A DNA stretch of 64,000 nucleotides, taken from assembly GCF_009914755.1 (NCBI RefSeq), contig NC_060931.1. One strand, written 5' to 3'. This DNA is from the human T2T-CHM13v2.0 reference genome, Homo sapiens. The position numbers were made by a program, and so were the translations under genes. Under the pieces are notes generated by a model. It did not search any database. It was not told the DNA's origin and worked only from the letters and a program-made list of their open reading frames with translations. Position 1 is the stretch's first letter. Each line of letters begins with the position of its first letter. Below, piece after piece: positions 58,876 through 64,000 of this stretch.

Positions 58876-59215
58876 CAGTGGTTTGCCACCTTAGCTGCAC
58901 AAGAGAATCACCCAGGGGAGCACTTTGGAACCACAGAAGCCTAGGATTTCACCAGGCCAATTAAATTCAATGCTCTTTGGGTGTGGCCCAGGCATCAGGA
59001 GAGTTTTGAAAGTTCCCGGGTTATTCCAATGTACAGCCACAATTGAAAACCACTGTCTAGATCAGTGCTTCTCCAACTTTAACGTGCAAACAAATCACTG
59101 AAGGATACTGTTTAAATGCAAATTATGATTTAGTAGTAGGCAGGCCCGATATTTTGCATTTTTAACAAACTTCCAGGTGATGCTGGTCTGATGACCACAT
59201 TTTGAGTAGCAAGGG
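58876..59215. mobile_element. MER5A/MER5B pair (hAT-Charlie)
   Basis: cagtggtttgccacc..agaatcacccagggg..tgaaaaccactg, then cagtgcttctccaactt..gaccacattttgagtagc. Confidence 0.7.
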
Positions 59216-59593
59216 ATAGAGGTAGCTGACATGTGGGTTCCACATATTGTCAAATTGGCGTCCAGAAGGTTCTAATTTACACTTGTAGAGATTGCTACTT
59301 GTCCTTCTGTATCTATCCTCCCTTCTCTCCTGGTAATAGAACTGCCTATTTTCAGTTACCCGCTTGGCTAGACAAACATTTTTAGCTTTCTTTAAAGCTG
59401 CATGGCCACGGGACTGAGCTGGGCCTCCTGGGGTGCAAGCGGAAGTTGCATCCTCAAGGAAGAAAGAGTGGCCTTTCCTCTCCCCTTCCCTCTTCCTGCT
59501 GGCTCAAATGCAGTCCTGGTGGTGTTGCTTGGGAGGCTGTCTTGAATCACAAAATAGAAGTTATATGCTGAAGGTGGCGGCAGCAGAGAGAAG

Positions 59594-60018
59594 TGTGTTC
59601 GGAATTGGTTCCTTCTGGTGGGTTCTTGGTCTCGTTGACTTCAGGAGTGAAGCCGCAGACCTCTGCGGTGAGTGTTACAGCTCATAAAGGTAGTGTGGAC
59701 CCAAAGAGTGAGCAGCAGCAAGATTTATTGTGAAGAGCAAAAGAACAAAGCTTCCATAGCATGGAAGGGGACCCAAGTGGGTTGCTGCTGCTGGCTCGGG
59801 TGGCCAGCTTTTATTCCCTTATTTGGCCCCGCCCACATCCTGCTGATTGATCTATTTTACAGAGTGATTATTGATGCATTTACAGTGCTTTAGCTAGACA
59901 CAGAATGCTGATTGGTGCGTTTTTACAGAGTGCTGATTGGTGTGTTTACAAACCTTTAGCTAGACAGAAAAGTTCTCCAAGTCCCCTGACCCAGAAGCCC
60001 TGCTGGCTTCACCTCTCA
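59594..60018 (-). mobile_element. LTR12 (short, LTR12F-like) 3' LTR of a HERV9 provirus
   Basis: On minus: TGAGAGGTGAAGCCAG ... CCAATTCCGAACACA. Repeated CCAAT boxes, AATAAA at 59724-59729, and PPT agaggggggat immediately upstream. Confidence 0.9.
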
Positions 60019-60074
60019 ATCCCCCCTCTAAGCAGGACACCCCAACTGCTGTTGGGAATTGGGCAATGACCGTT

Positions 60075-60660
60075 CTAGCTACTTCCTGCTGGATAGGGGC
60101 AAAGAAGGGGCCCTGCAGCTGTAGTACCCTCCAGAGGGGAACTCTTTAGGCCAGTGAAAGGGCCAGTGGGTTGGTCCAGGGGTGCTTGGTAGAAGTTATT
60201 AGTTGAGCTCATTTGGGGTTCCATTTGTAAGACCATCTGTAGCTTGATGGCCTCAATCCTAGAGGAAATAAATTTGACAAGGAGGTTAAAAATACAGTGC
60301 CCAAAGGCAAGTAATAGCAGGATGGCTGTCACAGGACCTAGAAAGGGGAGAAGCCATGTTGCCCAACTCCAGAGGTTGGTATAAGAGTTTGAAAGGCATT
60401 GTCTGATTTCAGAAGCCTTTTCCTGTAAATGCCGGTTGGCATCTCATACTATCCCTGACTGGTTAGTGTAAAAACAACACTCTTCCCCTAAGAAGGTGCA
60501 GAGTCCTCCTTTCTCAGCAGTGAGGAGGTCTAGGCCTTGGCGGTTTTGGAGAGTCACTGCTGCCAAAGAGTCTATTTGGGATTGTGGAGTAAGGATAGAC
60601 TTCGTTATTTCTTGCAAACTGTCTGAGAAATCCTTTAAGAGTGTTTGTTAGTAGGATAAT
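60075..60660 (-). pseudogene. HERV9 env TM remnant (SU deleted)
   Basis: One frame: [43 protein letters not shown]...WLLPFLGPVTAILLLLAFGHCIFNLLVKFISSRIEAIKLQMVLQMEPQM. Confidence 0.9.
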
Positions 60661-61915
60661 ACATGTTACACTGTTAACTTTTAGCAAACTTTACTTTAGT
60701 TGAAAACCTTGTAAGTTTGGGATTTTAATTTTTCTTTGCTATTAATAAAACCTCTTTCAGTCCATATTAACTTAGAATTGGTATAGATGGCTCCTTCCTG
60801 ATTCTGTAAGTACTTTAAGGTTTGGCTGAGTGCAAACAACTCACACATTTGAGCAGACCAATTATTAGGCAATTTTCCTAACTCTGCTTTTATAAGTTTC
60901 TTTATCATTTACTGAATACCCATTGTGTCTTTTTTCCTCAATCACTTGGGAGGAACCATCTATTGTCCTGTCCTGAAGGGAGTTCCTCCTAGGTCTGGTC
61001 AGACCTTTGTATGGTTATTAGTTAAGATTTAGATCCCCTGTTAGGAAAGCTGCTGGGTTAAGGATTTTTGATAGGAAGGCTATGGGTTGTCAGTGGCCTC
61101 AGTGCTTTTGGGCTACACCCTTGTTTACACTGACAACAAGGTGGTATTGGAGTGTTATAGTGTCATGAAGAAGACCTTCAATGATCAATTAAAGGTTTTA
61201 AATTTACCCTGGCTTTTAAAGGAATAGGGTACACTGTTTTTTCCTTACTACTTCCATCTCTCTTTCTTTCTCTTTGACTTCTTGTCTGTCTCTTTCTCTC
61301 TTTCTCTCTGACTCCCTCTTTGTATCTTCCTCTCTTTCTTTGACTTTCTGTCTCTCTCTCTCTTTCTCTCTTTCTGACTTCCTCTTTGTCTCTGTCTCTT
61401 CCTCTCTCTCTCTTTCTGACTTTCTGTCTCTTTCTCTCTTTCCTTTCTGCTGGTCTTTCCCTGCCTCTGCCAGCCACTTATGCTGCTGTTCTTCCCTCTC
61501 CATCCCCTTTTGATGGCTTTGGCAGTGTAAGACTGCCACCTCTTTGAGTTTTGCACTGCATGCAATAACTCCATCGTTTCCTTGTGATATTTAATGGGGG
61601 TTCCCCCAGAAGTTAGGAACTCCCCTTTTTTCCATATTGCAGCATGGGCATGTAGGATTAGATAAGCATACTTATGATCTGTAGCAAAGTCTCCCAATTA
61701 CAACTGAGGAGGTGGGAGAAATACCTGGTTACAGGCCATCCCAGGACTCCTCAGATGGTAACGGACCTTGAGGACAGCTGTCCAGGACAGGGGATTAACA
61801 CTAAGAAAGCCACTCCAGTGTCCAGGAGGAAGTTAATTTTCTGGCCCTCAATGGTTAAATGTACCCGGGGCTCAGTGAGGGTGATGATATGAGCTGGTAC
61901 TTGCCCCGGGCACCC
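60661..61915 (-). pseudogene. Heavily deleted, mosaic pro/pol remnant
   Basis: Protease LTIEGQKINFLLDTG (~61815-61858) joins directly to RNase H KYAYLILHAHAAIWK..GTPIKYHKE. Then a GA-rich tract (61255-61470) and a second pol-like patch (YPIPLKAR, LPNNWSAQMCELFAL). Confidence 0.82.
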
Positions 61916-63373
61916 TCAGTCCTATTGTTGGATCATCTGGTTGGGGGCTTCTGGCCCAGAGAACCATTGCACTCTGGGGCAGTGTGCCTTCCAGTGATTG
62001 CCTCGGCATAGTGGACATGGACGAGGGGGCAGCTTGTTTCTTGTTGGACAATCTTTTTTAAAGTGTCCTTGTAAACCACACTGATAACAAGCCCTACAGG
62101 GTGATTGGCCTGCTCCATTTTCTGTCCTCTGTGAACCACCAAGGTTTGTTTTTCTGAGGGCCATGACTACGGCTGCAGCCTTTCTCTGATCTCACTTTTC
62201 TTTTTGGGCATGTTCCTCTTGGACCCTATTATAGAACACCGAGGTTTCCAGGTTTAATAATGCCTCCAGATTTTGTTCAGGGCCCAGGGCTCGCTTTTGG
62301 AGCTTTCTCCTGATATCTGTGGCTAATTGGGTAATAAACTTATCTTTTAGAATCAACTGAGCCTTGAGTGAGTCAGGTGATAGGGGAGTATATTTTCTTA
62401 AGACCTCTCATAGCCTCTCGAGGAAGGCAGAAGGATTTTCTTCCTTTCCCTGAGTTATGGTAGACATCATTGAATAATTCATGGGCTTTTTCCTAATTCT
62501 CCTTAGTCCTTCTAGAACGCAGGTCAACAGATGTTTACAACTCCAGTCCCCATGATCTGAGTCGAGGTCCCAGTGGGGATCCATACTGGGGATGGCTTGC
62601 TGACTGGTAGGGAGTTTGTCCTTTTCTCTGGCTGTCATTCTATCATTTACTTGACTAAGATACTAGGTATCTCCAAACTCTCGGCTGCAGCTAAAGCCGC
62701 ATTCTTTTCATTAAAGGCCAGGGTTTGATCTAACAATAGCATGACATCTCTCCAAGTGAGATAGAAAGTTTGCCCTAGACCCTGTAGGACATCTATGTAC
62801 CTATCAGGATCATCTGAAAACTTCCCCAGGTCTGCCTTGATCTGCTTTAAATCAGAGAGGGAGAAGGGGACATGTACCTGGGTTGGGCCAAATTCCCCTC
62901 CCCCTATAGCTTGAAGGGGACATAACTGATAGCATGGGAGTTTTTGTGGCCCTTTGGAGATTTCTTTGCTTGTTTCCTTCTGGGTGGGGGAGATTAGAGT
63001 AGGCTTATCATTAATAGGAAGGAGAGATATAGGGAAGCTAGGATATGGGGGTAAGCTGAGAGGTCCTGTGGGATGTAAATTGCAAGCTTTGTATAGTTGT
63101 GTATTCTCCTTCAATGAAAAGAAAGCTTGGACATAAGGTATTTCATTCCATTTACCTTCTCTCTTACAGAAAAGGTCAAGCTGCAGGATAGTACTGTAAT
63201 TTATACTTCCCTCAGGTAGCCATTTTTCCCCATCAGAGAGAGAATATTGGGGCCAAGCCATAGTGCAGAAAAAAAATGAGCCACCTCTTTTTCAGGGTTT
63301 GTGGGTCAAATTGGTCCCAGTGGCTTAGGATGCATTTCAAGGGTGAGCCTGTTGATGCCTGAGTGTTTCCCAT
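61916..63373 (-). pseudogene. HERV9 gag, frameshifted
   Basis: MGNTQASTGSPLKCILSHWDQFDPQTL, VHVPFSLSDLKQIKADLGKFSDDPD, MHR ITQGKEENPSAFLERL, Zn knuckles CYQCGLQGHFKKDC and CPLCRGNHWKAHC. Confidence 0.9.
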
Positions 63374-64000
63374 CTGAAAGACAAAACCACCTGCCATTTT
63401 GGTTTGTTTCTCCCCCTGCCCAAGAACCCACAACAGTCCCTGGACCCTGCTGATCGGAATAGTTGTGCTCACTGACGCAGCAGCAGAAACACCCCTTGCC
63501 CAAGAACCCGCAGTGGTCCCTGGACCCTGCTGATGGGAATAGTTGTGCTTACCGATGCAGCAACAGAAACACTAGTTTTCCTCCTAGACCACAAGGAGGA
63601 CCGAGGAAGGTTGGATTTAGTGGCCCTTACTGATGCATTCTTGAAAACCTGTTAGAGTCCTAAGCATTCTCCTGTTAGTACTGGGACCTTACCCCATCTT
63701 ATAAAGATGTTACACCCCAAAAATGAAGTGGAGGGCCATACCCTGAGGAAGGGAAGGGATCTCCAGAGTTGGAAGAGTGATGCCTTTTGTCCTCACTTAT
63801 ATGAGTAGGAAGGATACCATTTCTGAAGCTCCCCATATCCTAGCTTCAGGAATCACTTTTTTTAGGCCTGCTAGTCTGAGGAAGGATTCTAAAATTCCAG
63901 ACAATTCCACGCCCTGATGGGGCTTTGGGCAAAAATTCTATCTTTCTGATTGGTGAGTCTGGGTGCCTAAAGACGGTAATAGAATCCTGAAGTTTATACT
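63374..64000 (-). mobile_element. HERV9 leader, continuing beyond the window (5' LTR not seen)
   Basis: Contiguous upstream of the gag ATG. Contains an 80-bp tandem repeat at 63413-63572. Confidence 0.75.

Noticed and set aside
61178-61697. R/E/K-rich ORFs
   Set aside because: Translation of the GA-rich low-complexity tract.

Overview
This is primate (very likely human) genomic DNA. The first 14.3 kb hold the last three coding exons of ANLN (anillin, C-terminal PH domain) on the + strand: 4251-4358, 10162-10334 and 12974-13097. A ~1.2 kb 3'UTR follows, with AATAAA at 14261. The remaining ~50 kb is repeat-dense intergenic DNA: about 30 Alus, old L1/L2/MIR/MLT/MST/Tigger/MER elements, a near full-length L1PA15/16-like element (36850-44630, minus), solo LTRs (MER11, LTR13 and several ERV1-class), a truncated HERV-S/HERVL18-like element with a compact decayed env (33191-34960, minus), and an LTR12/HERV9 provirus running off the right edge whose pol is a HERV9/HERV-I-like mosaic. 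The most unusual structure is an inverted duplication of ~240 bp (45474-45711 vs 47631-47972). It has a 26-bp templated copy at the junction and an enlarged MADE1 hairpin whose arms match at 45/46 bp. There are also two local tandem duplications. I see no convincing new protein-coding gene or novel multi-gene system. Repeat family names are from recall of consensus sequences, not from a database search, and most repeat boundaries are approximate.
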